From NCBI GenBank assembly GCA_022791495.1, contig JAAVZE010000001.1:8035-72034 (forward strand): a stretch of 64,000 nucleotides of DNA, written 5' to 3'. Source of the stretch: Eubacterium sp. Its GTDB lineage: Bacteria > Bacillota > Clostridia > Lachnospirales > Lachnospiraceae. The position numbers and the translations under genes were made by a program. The number at the start of each line of letters is the position of its first letter. Within the stretch, counting starts at the first letter, position 1. A model generated the notes under the pieces. The model searched no databases and was not told where the DNA came from. It saw only the letters and a list, made by a program, of their open reading frames with translations. Shown piece by piece: positions 51,239 through 60,872 of this stretch.

Positions 51239-52957
51239 TCAAGGCTTGATAACTACTTTTATGATGTTGTCATTGATCCTATGGATCACCCGGTAAGTAT
51301 CAAAGGTTCTTTCCTCTGCTAAAGTGGCAGTTCCATCCTCTCCGCACCTGCAGTATCCATTTACCTGGCATGTTCCATCGTCATAGACAGAGAGGACACC
51401 CACCATTCCAATGGCGGACCATTCCGGCCGTTCCTCCCTTGGGATATACAATTCATCCGGATCATATTCTGGATTTTCCTTATATCGTATCCCTTCTTTG
51501 CTTTCTGTGTGTTTTACACCATCCTTATCCTGCCAGATTTCTTCGTATTCGTACGTTTCTTCGAGGTATCTCCCAAATTCATCTAAAACATACCGGCCCC
51601 GCCAGTCCTCGTCTCCGTTTCCAATGGTGTTTGGGTACCCGCTGACAATGCCAAGAATATAGTCTCCGGGAGAGGCTATTCTTATCTTTTCCGGGTTTTG
51701 CTCGTCAAAGGTGACAAAAAGACCAACTCTGTCCTCTCCGTCCGGGTTGCCATCCGACCACTCAAAGTATTCCGCATAATCTGCTCCGGTGGCAATGGTG
51801 GAGTTCGTGGCATATATGGTGCCATTATAGTTTACCCGGAAAGCATTAGAGCGGGAGGAATCAGAGGAACCATTACCAATCATAAATGCTGTCCGGTTCG
51901 CGCTGCCGGAGTCGCTGCTTTCCGTGGTCGTCAGCTTGGAAAAATGTCCAAAGGCAGTCTGATTGGAATATGCCTCATTATTGTTTCCTGCAAGCAGCAC
52001 ATTGGAGCCGCATACAAGATTTCCATAGCCATTTATAATCACGGAATTTCTATAATAATTAGAGGTATTAGACACCGGAATGTTATTTCCGTGTCCGGCA
52101 ATAATAGCGCTCTGGGTAGCGTTTCCTATCGTATTGCCGTAACCCGCCGCTATGATGTTTTCATCTCCATTGTCTTTGTTTCCAGTACCTAATAACGTAC
52201 TCCTTGTGGATGCGCCTCTTGTGCAGTTTGCGCTGTGTATAAGCCCCAGCTTTTTTTTATCATAGGCAGACAGAAGCCCATTTGTGCTTTCTGTGGCAGT
52301 TCCGTAAGTTGTGTCCGTAAAGACAGCATTACTTGGCACTGACTTACCAAGTGTGTATGTACACTCTGCTGGCTTCCCGTCGGCAAAATAGACAGGTTTT
52401 GTTGCGGATCCGGCAGAAGTGGTCAATTTTGTTGAAGCTGAAGCATTGCCGGATATATTGGCAACAACAGTAGCGGTTGTACCTGCTTGTGTTAAAAAAT
52501 AATACTGACCGTTACCGCCCATGGCAAGAGTGCCTGCGTTTATGTTACCCCAGTGGAATCCGATGGAAGGTGCGTATGCAATGGTATTTTCGGCATTAGA
52601 TACAAGATCATTTTCCCGTATTTCCAAAGCGGATGTCCGAAATCTACCCTCTTTTGACGGGTTGTAACTGCCGTAAAAGGATCCTTGTCCCTTTACATCA
52701 GAAGAACCGTTAAATGTTTTTCCGAAAATAGTCCTGGGAGTTTCTAGCGCCGTGGATGTTTCAGCGTTTCCGGTTATGGCTATCCCCCATGTTCCACTGG
52801 CACCTGTTCCTGTCTTGGATGGGACATAATCTTTGTCCGCCTTTTTTGTGTCTATGTCATGCAATACCTGATCAATCTTTTCAGCATTAAAATCATCCGG
52901 ATTAAAAAAATCATTATCCTCCGGAATGTTGAGTCCAAAATGTTCTGACTGTCTCAT
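51239..52957 (-). CDS. Tail fibre/spike with a C-terminal peptidase-G2-like intramolecular chaperone
   Basis: Gly/Asn/Thr-rich repeats; GADYAEYFEW.DGNP...YIPREERPEW..IGMVG. Confidence 0.85.
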   Translation of the reverse strand: MRQSEHFGLNIPEDNDFFNPDDFNAEKIDQVLHDIDTKKADKDYVPSKTGTGASGTWGIAITGNAETSTALETPRTIFGKTFNGSSDVKGQGSFYGSYNPSKEGRFRTSALEIRENDLVSNAENTIAYAPSIGFHWGNINAGTLAMGGNGQYYFLTQAGTTATVVANISGNASASTKLTTSAGSATKPVYFADGKPAECTYTLGKSVPSNAVFTDTTYGTATESTNGLLSAYDKKKLGLIHSANCTRGASTRSTLLGTGNKDNGDENIIAAGYGNTIGNATQSAIIAGHGNNIPVSNTSNYYRNSVIINGYGNLVCGSNVLLAGNNNEAYSNQTAFGHFSKLTTTESSDSGSANRTAFMIGNGSSDSSRSNAFRVNYNGTIYATNSTIATGADYAEYFEWSDGNPDGEDRVGLFVTFDEQNPEKIRIASPGDYILGIVSGYPNTIGNGDEDWRGRYVLDEFGRYLEETYEYEEIWQDKDGVKHTESKEGIRYKENPEYDPDELYIPREERPEWSAIGMVGVLSVYDDGTCQVNGYCRCGEDGTATLAEERTFDTYRVIHRINDNIIKVVIKP

Positions 52958-53505
52958 TTCATCACTTCCTCTCGTAACTTTTTGTAGGTATATGCTTTTA
53001 ATTCCCTGTATGTATAGGGTTTTAAAAGCTCGTATACATTATACATCAGATCCGCTTCCACCACTAAATTAGCCGGGATCATCCTATCCAATAATGACTT
53101 TACATCATTTAACATATTCTTGCTTGTAAGCATAACTTTGACCCTGAGTGTATAAGTTTCTGGAAAAAGAGTAATGGCATAACCATTTTTTCCACACAAA
53201 ACATCTAATATCAGACATAATTTTTTAAATGTATATGGTCTTTGCTCCGCCAGTCGGCCGGCAATATTATTCCGCCTATCCTGTAATGTGTACATATCTC
53301 CTTTTTTTAGATGTAAAATCTTTTCCCAACGGTCACAACCATGTTCATCCAGCGAATGAATAAAATTATTACTCCATAATGATTCAGCGGTGCTCCAAAG
53401 TTTGTCCATCTGCATCTGATATTTTGCACTAAGTACTTTTATCTCCCTAAACTCACGCAGCCATTCTGGGAGATAATCAATCATCCGTCTGTCCAACCAC
53501 CTCAC
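52954..53505 (-). CDS. Baseplate protein XkdU/DUF2313-like
   Basis: DYLP..LRE, RWEKIL and MIPANL motifs; synteny. Confidence 0.8.
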   Translation of the reverse strand: MRWLDRRMIDYLPEWLREFREIKVLSAKYQMQMDKLWSTAESLWSNNFIHSLDEHGCDRWEKILHLKKGDMYTLQDRRNNIAGRLAEQRPYTFKKLCLILDVLCGKNGYAITLFPETYTLRVKVMLTSKNMLNDVKSLLDRMIPANLVVEADLMYNVYELLKPYTYRELKAYTYKKLREEVMK

Positions 53506-54559
53506 CTACTTCCGGTATTTTATATGTATCAATTATTACGTTTCCTGCATCGTTATTTAATTTTATTTCAGCTACGTCCATTATCCCGTCCAGATCTAAC
53601 AGAATATTTTCAATTTGTCCAGCTCTCACCACTATATTTTCTGTATCCTCCCATGTTTTTCTAAGGGATTGAAAATATCCATCTATAGAAGCAGCAATCC
53701 GCTCCTGTATATCTTCCCATTTATACCCGTTCTGAAAAATCAAAGTGCACGCTATGTCTACCGTCTGCGTCTCTGCAGATACAACGGTGACCGTGTGTCC
53801 AATCGGCGCTATTCCGATACCAGTTCCATCCATTTGGGGATCAAACGCTTCCTGGATGTACTGCACCGTTTCTCGCTGCGCTACTCCGAAATCTGCTCCC
53901 AGAATGACCAGTTTCACAGTGCCTCCGCCATTCCATACCGGAATTACTTTACACCCTCCAACAACGTCAAACTGGTTCGCCTTCTCCTTGTATTCAGCTT
54001 TGTTCCCGCCGAATGATGATTGAGCAAAAGAATCAAAATAGCGTTCCCGCAGCGACTCTTCATCCTCGTCATCTGTCCCATAAGTCATAATTTCTACAAC
54101 TGCAATGCTTTCAAGACCTTCCACATCTTCGATCGGTATTACATCATCTGAACTATTATTGCCTCCTTTCCCTGTTTCCGTGCAGGTTAATGAGTAATAC
54201 CCTTCACCCAGATTCTCTGTAATCTCATAATTCAGCTCACCGATGTTGAATCCAGTACCTGCCTGAATTTCTTTGTCCGATGGAGTGATTTTCACTTTGA
54301 GTACCGCATGCTGACCTTGCTTCACAAAAATTCCCCGCTCTGCTGCCCTCTTTATCAGATAATAATAGGAGGCTGTGTCAGCAAAACATTCATCTTCTAC
54401 AAGACCGATATCCGAATAAATCTGTTCGAGTTCAACAGCCACCGGTGCTATTGCATCATATATTACAGATCCCTGACGAGTGTCGATGGATGAATCTATC
54501 TTATCCAGCATTTCATCTATTATATCTTCGTATGACTTATTTTCAAACATCAACTTCAA
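53477..54559 (-). CDS. Baseplate J/XkdT-like protein
   Basis: DTRQGSVIYDAIAP, FGGN..EY, PVWNGGGTVK and APIGHTVTV. Confidence 0.9.
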   Translation of the reverse strand: MKLMFENKSYEDIIDEMLDKIDSSIDTRQGSVIYDAIAPVAVELEQIYSDIGLVEDECFADTASYYYLIKRAAERGIFVKQGQHAVLKVKITPSDKEIQAGTGFNIGELNYEITENLGEGYYSLTCTETGKGGNNSSDDVIPIEDVEGLESIAVVEIMTYGTDDEDEESLRERYFDSFAQSSFGGNKAEYKEKANQFDVVGGCKVIPVWNGGGTVKLVILGADFGVAQRETVQYIQEAFDPQMDGTGIGIAPIGHTVTVVSAETQTVDIACTLIFQNGYKWEDIQERIAASIDGYFQSLRKTWEDTENIVVRAGQIENILLDLDGIMDVAEIKLNNDAGNVIIDTYKIPEVGEVVGQTDD

Positions 54560-54962
54560 CCCCCTCTACTTTGAATTCTTCACCGTCAGTACAAGAAATA
54601 ATAAAGGATAGTGTAAGTTTTCTTTTTTCTACCTTCTGGTCAAAAAATGATACAGATACAAATCGGTCGTCCTGCAAAACCGATTCTTCTATCCTGTCTT
54701 TCGCTTCTGATAACGCGTAGGACAATGGTTTACCGATCAAATCGTCAAATATCCGGCCATATCCAGCATCATATATTGGATATACTTCCGATTCTGTCAT
54801 CAGAATCTTATTCACAGCCTGTTCTTTTGCCTCTCTATCATCAATAAGTCCTGCGATTGTCATAGTTTTAAAGTTTAGATGGTACGTTTTGTCCGGAATG
54901 ATCTTCTCCACCAGTCCATCCTGGAATTCATCCTCTTCATAGTTATCAATATTGGGTAACAT
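54543..54962 (-). CDS. XkdS/DUF2634-like baseplate protein
   Basis: QAVNKIL.TE...YPIY...YG and DDRF motifs; synteny. Confidence 0.8.
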   Translation of the reverse strand: MLPNIDNYEEDEFQDGLVEKIIPDKTYHLNFKTMTIAGLIDDREAKEQAVNKILMTESEVYPIYDAGYGRIFDDLIGKPLSYALSEAKDRIEESVLQDDRFVSVSFFDQKVEKRKLTLSFIISCTDGEEFKVEGVEVDV

Positions 54963-55237
54963 CAGTCTCGCACCACCTTATCTATAACAAGATATTTCTG
55001 CCCGCCACAGGCCCGGATCAAGGCAACTTTATCACCTTTTACTAAATTCGCTTTGAAAGCAGACTGAGTTATCATGAGAAAATCATCATCTAAAGTAGTT
55101 TTATCAGAAATTTTGATCCTGAGCGGTTTACCTTCTGCCACAACCCCCGTAATAATATCACAAGGCTTGCTCGCACGATATGCATCCATGGATATCTTTT
55201 TAATCAACCAATTTAAATTATTCGCCATCAAATCCAC
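54962..55237 (-). CDS. XkdR/DUF2577-like protein
   Basis: GVV...PLRI...LVKGDKVALIR..GGQKYLVIDK. Confidence 0.8.
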   Translation of the reverse strand: MDLMANNLNWLIKKISMDAYRASKPCDIITGVVAEGKPLRIKISDKTTLDDDFLMITQSAFKANLVKGDKVALIRACGGQKYLVIDKVVRD

Positions 55238-56744
55238 CTCCGCTTAAATCCAGATCCATAGTATACTGACCATTATTAAAAGTATGCGTGACTTTGTCTA
55301 CAAGAAGATACGATGATACCTTTCTGTCGTACAGATCCATTATGACCGGCACAAGACAACCTGCTTTCACTTTTGTGGATCCGAAAGCTCCTGATATAGA
55401 TAGCGTTCTTGCTACTTTATTGTACATCTTAAGGAGCACTTTCCCTTTTAGCTTTGCCACCTTGGGATCGTCTATTTTCTCATAATATTGCAGCACCCCA
55501 TACTTATTTATTGCTTTGCCGGACCTGCTGATGTAAATGTCCAGTTTTCCCGTCTTTTTATTTTCGTATGCCAGTTTTATCTGGTTATAATAGTCCTTAT
55601 CGGTGCTTATGGAATAGTTATATCCCTGCCCGGTTTCTTCGTCGATCAGGATGTTTACTTTCCATGGTTGCCGTAACATGAGTTTTCCGTAATTGTCATA
55701 TAATGTATAAACCTTCCCGGTTGCCGATATCGTCTCGTCCAGAGCATTTTGTATGATATCAAAAAGCGTCTGATCCGTATCTATCCTGGATATGGCATAC
55801 TTTGTGTTCGCAAGGCTTCCTGTCTTTAACCCAAAATCCCTGGCAATCATCCGGAGTAATTTGGTAGCAGTTTTCTTCTTGTATAAATAAGAATCCTTAT
55901 TCTTTAAATATCGCAGCTGATCGTACACCAGAACTTCTACCATGCCATCTACCTGGGGTTTTAATTCAAACACAAACCCATAAAAGAACGGTTTCTCATT
56001 CACGCTAAGGGCGACTGCATCACCGCAGGATATTTCCTTTGCCGGCGTAGAGAAGACCAGCTTCCCAGGAGTATTCTTCCTTTCCCATGTAACCTTCAAT
56101 CCATCTTTTGCCGGGACCTGGTAAAACTGTTTTTTGTGAGTTACCTGCAGTGTAACATTGACATTATTTTGCGGCTTGATGGATTGAATTGTATATCCTG
56201 TGACGGTTTCTGATATCCCGGAAGATTTCTTTGCTTTGTTCAATGCCGACTTAAGTTCTGCAAGTTCTTTCTTGGATGTTTTCTTTTTAGTGCTCCCAGA
56301 CGAGCCTCCCGAATCTATGTACGAGCTTACTACACCATAACCTGTAATAGTACCTTCTGCCAAGGAATAACTTCTTTTTTTTACAGCATCAGAACTATTT
56401 CCCTCAACAGTAAAGAGAGTATTCCCGGACACCTTTTCAACAATCCCCACATGAGATCGTCCCGTCTTAAAATAAACCAGATCGTTACGCTTTGGTGTAT
56501 AATTTCCTTTGAACCGAAACCGGTCTTTCTTTTTATACCAGTTCATTCCCGTATCTGTAGAAGCTGTTTTCGGTACAATATCCGTACCGATCCCCGCCTC
56601 CTTTGCACACCATGACACAAATGAATGGCACCAGGCAGCTCCATTGGTGCCTGTGTACTCTCCGAACTTCGTTCGGTTATTGCCACTCTCTTTGTAGCCA
56701 ACTTCCTTCAAAGCAATATCAATCAAATCAGCCATTACCCTCAC
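55218..56744 (-). CDS. XkdQ-like baseplate hub protein with an N-terminal CHAP domain
   Basis: AWCHSFVSW...HVGIV...VEGN CHAP motifs; YDQLRYLKNKD, YNQIKL and YGVLQYYE. Confidence 0.82.
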   Translation of the reverse strand: MRVMADLIDIALKEVGYKESGNNRTKFGEYTGTNGAAWCHSFVSWCAKEAGIGTDIVPKTASTDTGMNWYKKKDRFRFKGNYTPKRNDLVYFKTGRSHVGIVEKVSGNTLFTVEGNSSDAVKKRSYSLAEGTITGYGVVSSYIDSGGSSGSTKKKTSKKELAELKSALNKAKKSSGISETVTGYTIQSIKPQNNVNVTLQVTHKKQFYQVPAKDGLKVTWERKNTPGKLVFSTPAKEISCGDAVALSVNEKPFFYGFVFELKPQVDGMVEVLVYDQLRYLKNKDSYLYKKKTATKLLRMIARDFGLKTGSLANTKYAISRIDTDQTLFDIIQNALDETISATGKVYTLYDNYGKLMLRQPWKVNILIDEETGQGYNYSISTDKDYYNQIKLAYENKKTGKLDIYISRSGKAINKYGVLQYYEKIDDPKVAKLKGKVLLKMYNKVARTLSISGAFGSTKVKAGCLVPVIMDLYDRKVSSYLLVDKVTHTFNNGQYTMDLDLSGGGFDGE

Positions 56745-57505
56745 CTCTTTACAATTTTTCCTTCTAATTTTTCATAATAGGCAGGAATGGTCAGACGCAC
56801 TGCTGCCGGCAATGCCGTTGTGTAGATGCGCCTGGAAAACTTTCCTCCAAATTTTCCATTTAGGGCACGATCCACTTTCTTTTTATTTTTCTTGTAAATT
56901 ACCCCGGCGTTATTTGTGTTTCCAATTCCATACACTTTCCTGCTTATCACAAGCAGAGTATCTCCTTTTTTTGCCGTGTAGGACTTTACAATCTTTTTTT
57001 TAGTGGTATCTACATTGCTTTTTCGGAAAACCTTATTTTTTATTTTTATTTTCTTTGTCCCAAACTTTACATGCTTTTTCAGTTCGATCTCCACAGTTAT
57101 ATCGAGCCCATCTTCTGCATCTTCTATAATCTTATAATCTTCCAATGAGACATTAAGACTTGTATCGAAAGAAGATTCTCCGGAAAAATTATGCCGGAGC
57201 ACCTTGAATTTAAAGGGCTTTCTGTTTACTTTCATTTGTTCAAGTACTTCAAGATAATAATCTGGTCTCTGAAATCCCTCAGTATTGTAAACTGCAAAAG
57301 GATACTTAACCCCCGGCAGCATTAGATCAAGGCTGAAATCCATAAGCTTTGTCCCTTTTAACTGATTTACTTCAGATTCATTGATTAGGTTTATTGTCTT
57401 GTTGTTGCCGTTGATACTTGTTTGTATTTTGGCCGGTGCGACGGGGAATCTTATCTCCCCAAACCATATCTCGTACATAGAATCCGTACTACTGCCCTCA
57501 TACAT
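56741..57505 (-). CDS. XkdP-like LysM-domain tail protein
   Basis: FPVAPAKI, VSLEDY and YTAKKGDTL..ISRKVYG. Confidence 0.8.
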   Translation of the reverse strand: MYEGSSTDSMYEIWFGEIRFPVAPAKIQTSINGNNKTINLINESEVNQLKGTKLMDFSLDLMLPGVKYPFAVYNTEGFQRPDYYLEVLEQMKVNRKPFKFKVLRHNFSGESSFDTSLNVSLEDYKIIEDAEDGLDITVEIELKKHVKFGTKKIKIKNKVFRKSNVDTTKKKIVKSYTAKKGDTLLVISRKVYGIGNTNNAGVIYKKNKKKVDRALNGKFGGKFSRRIYTTALPAAVRLTIPAYYEKLEGKIVKR

Positions 57506-57506
57506 T

Positions 57507-59705
57507 TTAGTGTACCCCCTCAGCCGAAGCATATAGTTCTTCCTCAATCCGCGAACTCAGTTTATTCATGATTCCATCAATATCCTGTTCCCCATTGAGA
57601 GAATTATGGTTTGTCATATCTACCTTGATGGTCGTAGAAGTGTATCTGTTGATAGCACGTTGTGTGGCAAAATCGCGGATATGCTTTATGTTTTCAGAAG
57701 TAATGTCTAATGATTTCGCGATCTTGCTCGTATTCTTATCCATGTTATCTATGTTTGAGGTGAGACCTGTTTTGTCAAGATACATTTCAGGTGTTTTCAC
57801 TTCAAACGCCTCTTCTCCGCCGGAAATACTGGATAAGTCGAACTTGTCTTTTAAGCCTGCACCAAAATCATATCCCTGATTATAAGAATCCAAAATAAAA
57901 TCAGAAGAGAATACATCATCAACATCATAGGTAAGCATTCCATCGGTAAACGCATCACCAACGCTCCGGTACCCCTGTTTGCTGGCATTTGCTAGATGTT
58001 GCTCTGAAGCATAATGGGAGGCAGCACTTTCCAGTCCTGTTGTATCAATATCCACAAAAGGCAGTTTATTTAATGTGTCACATAACCCAATGATTACATT
58101 GGTAACTGACTCAAGGATCCCATACCACTCTGCTTTTATTGTAGGGCCGAGATTTATAAAAAAAGTTCCTATGTTTTGAATGATCGCTTCTACTGCCATT
58201 GATATGCCGATCCAAAAATTCATAAATCCCAAGCCTGCATTTTTTAGGAACTGCACTACTATGTTCGTGGTCCCGCATATTGCACCGATTGTACTTATAT
58301 GTGTGTTGTTTAAGCGATTGTAGGCTCCGATTACAATGCCCAGCACAGTAACTATACCGAGAAATCCCGCTATTGCCCAGGTAATCGGACAGCTCAAAAG
58401 TGCCGTATTGAATCCGTACTGCTGGGCTGTTGCCACAGCAGTAGCCGACGCTACTGTTCCCGTGGCGGCGGCATGGGCAAAGGAAGCCAGGCAAAAAACG
58501 ATCCTGACTGCACTGAACGCCAATTCTGCCGCCTTTGCTATACCAAGATATCCTATGTACAAAAGAAGGGCTGTGCCAACACCTCCTATGATCGGCTCGA
58601 TAAAAGACCAGTTGTCCATTATAAATCTCCCTGCGCCACCGATCAGGTCTCCTGTTTTTACCGCCACTCCCACTACGAAATTCATAACATTTCCGATTCC
58701 GCCCAGCACACTCTCGGCTTTTTCACCGAACATTTCCACCATTTGCATGGTGCCTGGCAGCCCATGGGCCGCCAGTGCCTGGTCAGCACTTTGGATCACA
58801 TTCATCCAACCACGGGTAAAAGCTGCATGCATATTGGCAAAGGTAACAGCCCATGTGCCTCCTGCCTCTTTTGCCGCCCCGTGGGACATTCCCCGGTCCA
58901 TAGCTTCACTTACCGTCTGAATAAACTCGGCTGCACTTATAACGCCATCGCTTAGGTCGTCCTTTACAGAGCTTACTGACTCACCGACAGCGTCAGCATA
59001 AATTTCAGCCGCCCCAATGCCGGCATCAAATAGTCTGTCTAGCTGGTCTGCTTCAACTGTTCCTTTTGAATACATCTTTCCAACTGCATCAATTACGCTT
59101 CCAAGCTGTTCGTTGGTTCCTTCTCCGAAAAAACTCACAGCATCCGCCCAGATCCTTACTTGGTCTGCTGCAGTGCCAAGTGCCATCCCTCTTGTTGTAA
59201 GGCCCTGGACAGATTTCGCTGCCACATCCAGCCCATAAGCGGTCCCCAGTACATTTTCTTTTATCTGGGTAAGAGCAGCGTTCGCCATGTTGGAATCCTG
59301 GGTCATGGTAGTCATGGTTCTCTGGAAACGGTTCATTGTATCCAGCCTGTCAAATGCTCCACTCATATCTGTTACCCCGGTGCGTCCAATGGCATTTCGT
59401 ATAAGCCCGATTGCCTTATTTGCCACCAGGATACCTCTACGCCATCCAAAAAAACCGTTCTCTACCCTTTGTACCGGCTCCTCAATGTCCTCAACTTTTG
59501 TAACCATATCACCTAATTTCGTAGAGGCTGAGGCAAGTTCTTCCCTGGCACCAATAAGGGATGATGTGTCAATATCCAGATCTACATCCATCGCCTGGTT
59601 CATCTTCTCCATTTCCAGGATGGTTATGTTAACCGCATTGATGACACCATATAAAACCGTGCTAAAATTATCCTGTAGCTCGATTGCGGATTGTATTGTT
59701 GCCAT
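57507..59705 (-). CDS. Tape measure protein
   Basis: MATIQSAIEL start after GGAGG; long Ala/Gly-rich helical protein with hydrophobic segments; follows the chaperone genes. Confidence 0.85.
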   Translation of the reverse strand: MATIQSAIELQDNFSTVLYGVINAVNITILEMEKMNQAMDVDLDIDTSSLIGAREELASASTKLGDMVTKVEDIEEPVQRVENGFFGWRRGILVANKAIGLIRNAIGRTGVTDMSGAFDRLDTMNRFQRTMTTMTQDSNMANAALTQIKENVLGTAYGLDVAAKSVQGLTTRGMALGTAADQVRIWADAVSFFGEGTNEQLGSVIDAVGKMYSKGTVEADQLDRLFDAGIGAAEIYADAVGESVSSVKDDLSDGVISAAEFIQTVSEAMDRGMSHGAAKEAGGTWAVTFANMHAAFTRGWMNVIQSADQALAAHGLPGTMQMVEMFGEKAESVLGGIGNVMNFVVGVAVKTGDLIGGAGRFIMDNWSFIEPIIGGVGTALLLYIGYLGIAKAAELAFSAVRIVFCLASFAHAAATGTVASATAVATAQQYGFNTALLSCPITWAIAGFLGIVTVLGIVIGAYNRLNNTHISTIGAICGTTNIVVQFLKNAGLGFMNFWIGISMAVEAIIQNIGTFFINLGPTIKAEWYGILESVTNVIIGLCDTLNKLPFVDIDTTGLESAASHYASEQHLANASKQGYRSVGDAFTDGMLTYDVDDVFSSDFILDSYNQGYDFGAGLKDKFDLSSISGGEEAFEVKTPEMYLDKTGLTSNIDNMDKNTSKIAKSLDITSENIKHIRDFATQRAINRYTSTTIKVDMTNHNSLNGEQDIDGIMNKLSSRIEEELYASAEGVH

Positions 59706-59706
59706 A

Positions 59707-59898
59707 TCATCCCCTCCTCTCATTTTCAGCTTTTCGTATTTCTTCCTGTTCCTTTTTTACCCTTATGTCGATAGCCGCGATGATAAATGCTTTTTCGTTT
59801 TCTTCCATATTTATAAATTGGGAAGGATTCCAGTGGAATTTATGCAGACAATAATATGCATAATTCGCCTCGGCATCCTCCCCTTCGATTAGTTTTTT
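59707..59898 (-). CDS. -1 frame extension of the tail assembly chaperone (gpGT-like)
   Basis: After slippery A-AAA-AAC the -1 frame reads LIEGEDAEANYAYYCLHKFHWNPSQF...ERRG and stops 1 nt before the TMP ATG. Confidence 0.75.
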   Translation of the reverse strand, partial: KKLIEGEDAEANYAYYCLHKFHWNPSQFINMEENEKAFIIAAIDIRVKKEQEEIRKAENERRG

Positions 59899-60317
59899 GC
59901 CTCGTCTACCTTTTTCTGCATCGGCTCAAACCCCTGGAATCGCTGGATCCACTCACACAGGCTCTGATACTCCCCTGGATCATCGACCAGTTCAAGTAAT
60001 AAATCCTCTGGTGTCTTTACTCCATACGAATCCTGGAGTGCAGAATTATTCAGGTCGGGGAAGACAACTGACCGACAGATTATTTCTATTAGGTATTTAT
60101 TGACATTCAACCGTGGCCGGAATGCATTCGGCTTTCCTTTTATCGGAATCTCTTCTGTGCATGAGTCTCTGAGATTCCCATCTTCTTTTGTTGCGATATG
60201 CCGGAATTCCCATTTTACTGCTTTCCCTTCTTCGTCACATATGGATTCTGTCACCGCATGCTTTTCATTTGTTTTTTCTTTTTTGTTTTCTTTTAAAAAC
60301 GCACTTAAACTGCTCAT
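59889..60317 (-). CDS. XkdN-like tail assembly chaperone
   Basis: SVVFPDLNNSALQDSYGV...PGEY...VDEAKN. Confidence 0.85.
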   Translation of the reverse strand: MSSLSAFLKENKKEKTNEKHAVTESICDEEGKAVKWEFRHIATKEDGNLRDSCTEEIPIKGKPNAFRPRLNVNKYLIEIICRSVVFPDLNNSALQDSYGVKTPEDLLLELVDDPGEYQSLCEWIQRFQGFEPMQKKVDEAKN

Positions 60318-60344
60318 GATTGTTCATCCTTTCTCAAATCAATT

Positions 60345-60857
60345 TTATGATGTTTTCAACATTCCTTCCAGCATACTGAACTTTCTCGGTATCTTAAAGT
60401 CCTCGAATGTTCCGGAGACATCTTCATCCAGAGAATCATCTGATGTTGCGTCAAATTTGGCAAGAATTCCTTCGTCAAGGTTACAGCCGACAAGGTCTAC
60501 CTCCTGCATCTCCGCATCTGATGTCGGGTCATAATTCAAAATCTGGGTTTCAAAATATATGTCCTGACCAGTATTTTTAAACTCTTCCATTAATTCGCGC
60601 AAAATAGAAGTATTATAATGCATTGTAGCAGAAAAAGTCCCTTCCCACCCCGTTGACTTGTTTCCGCTGCCTGTCTTGCCAAGGATAGCTACCTTCTTTT
60701 TCGTTTTCTTAAACTTTGCTTCAAACTTTGTCATGCTCATAAAATTGTAACGCTTCTCTTTGATCGTTACAAAGCATTGTGCAAGTTTTGCAGACAAGGT
60801 GTCTTTTGCAAGCATGGTAGCATTATTGGAAAGCTCATTAATTTCTTTCTGTGTCAT
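60345..60857 (-). CDS. Tail tube protein (XkdM-like)
   Basis: KSTGWEGT..ATMHYNTS...DPTS...FEDF. Confidence 0.88.
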   Translation of the reverse strand: MTQKEINELSNNATMLAKDTLSAKLAQCFVTIKEKRYNFMSMTKFEAKFKKTKKKVAILGKTGSGNKSTGWEGTFSATMHYNTSILRELMEEFKNTGQDIYFETQILNYDPTSDAEMQEVDLVGCNLDEGILAKFDATSDDSLDEDVSGTFEDFKIPRKFSMLEGMLKTS

Positions 60858-60872
60858 GACCTCACTCCTCCT

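Noticed and set aside
50691-51242. ORF-track 183-aa holin
   Set aside because: The N-terminal extension overlaps another gene; the real start is 50909 or 50900.
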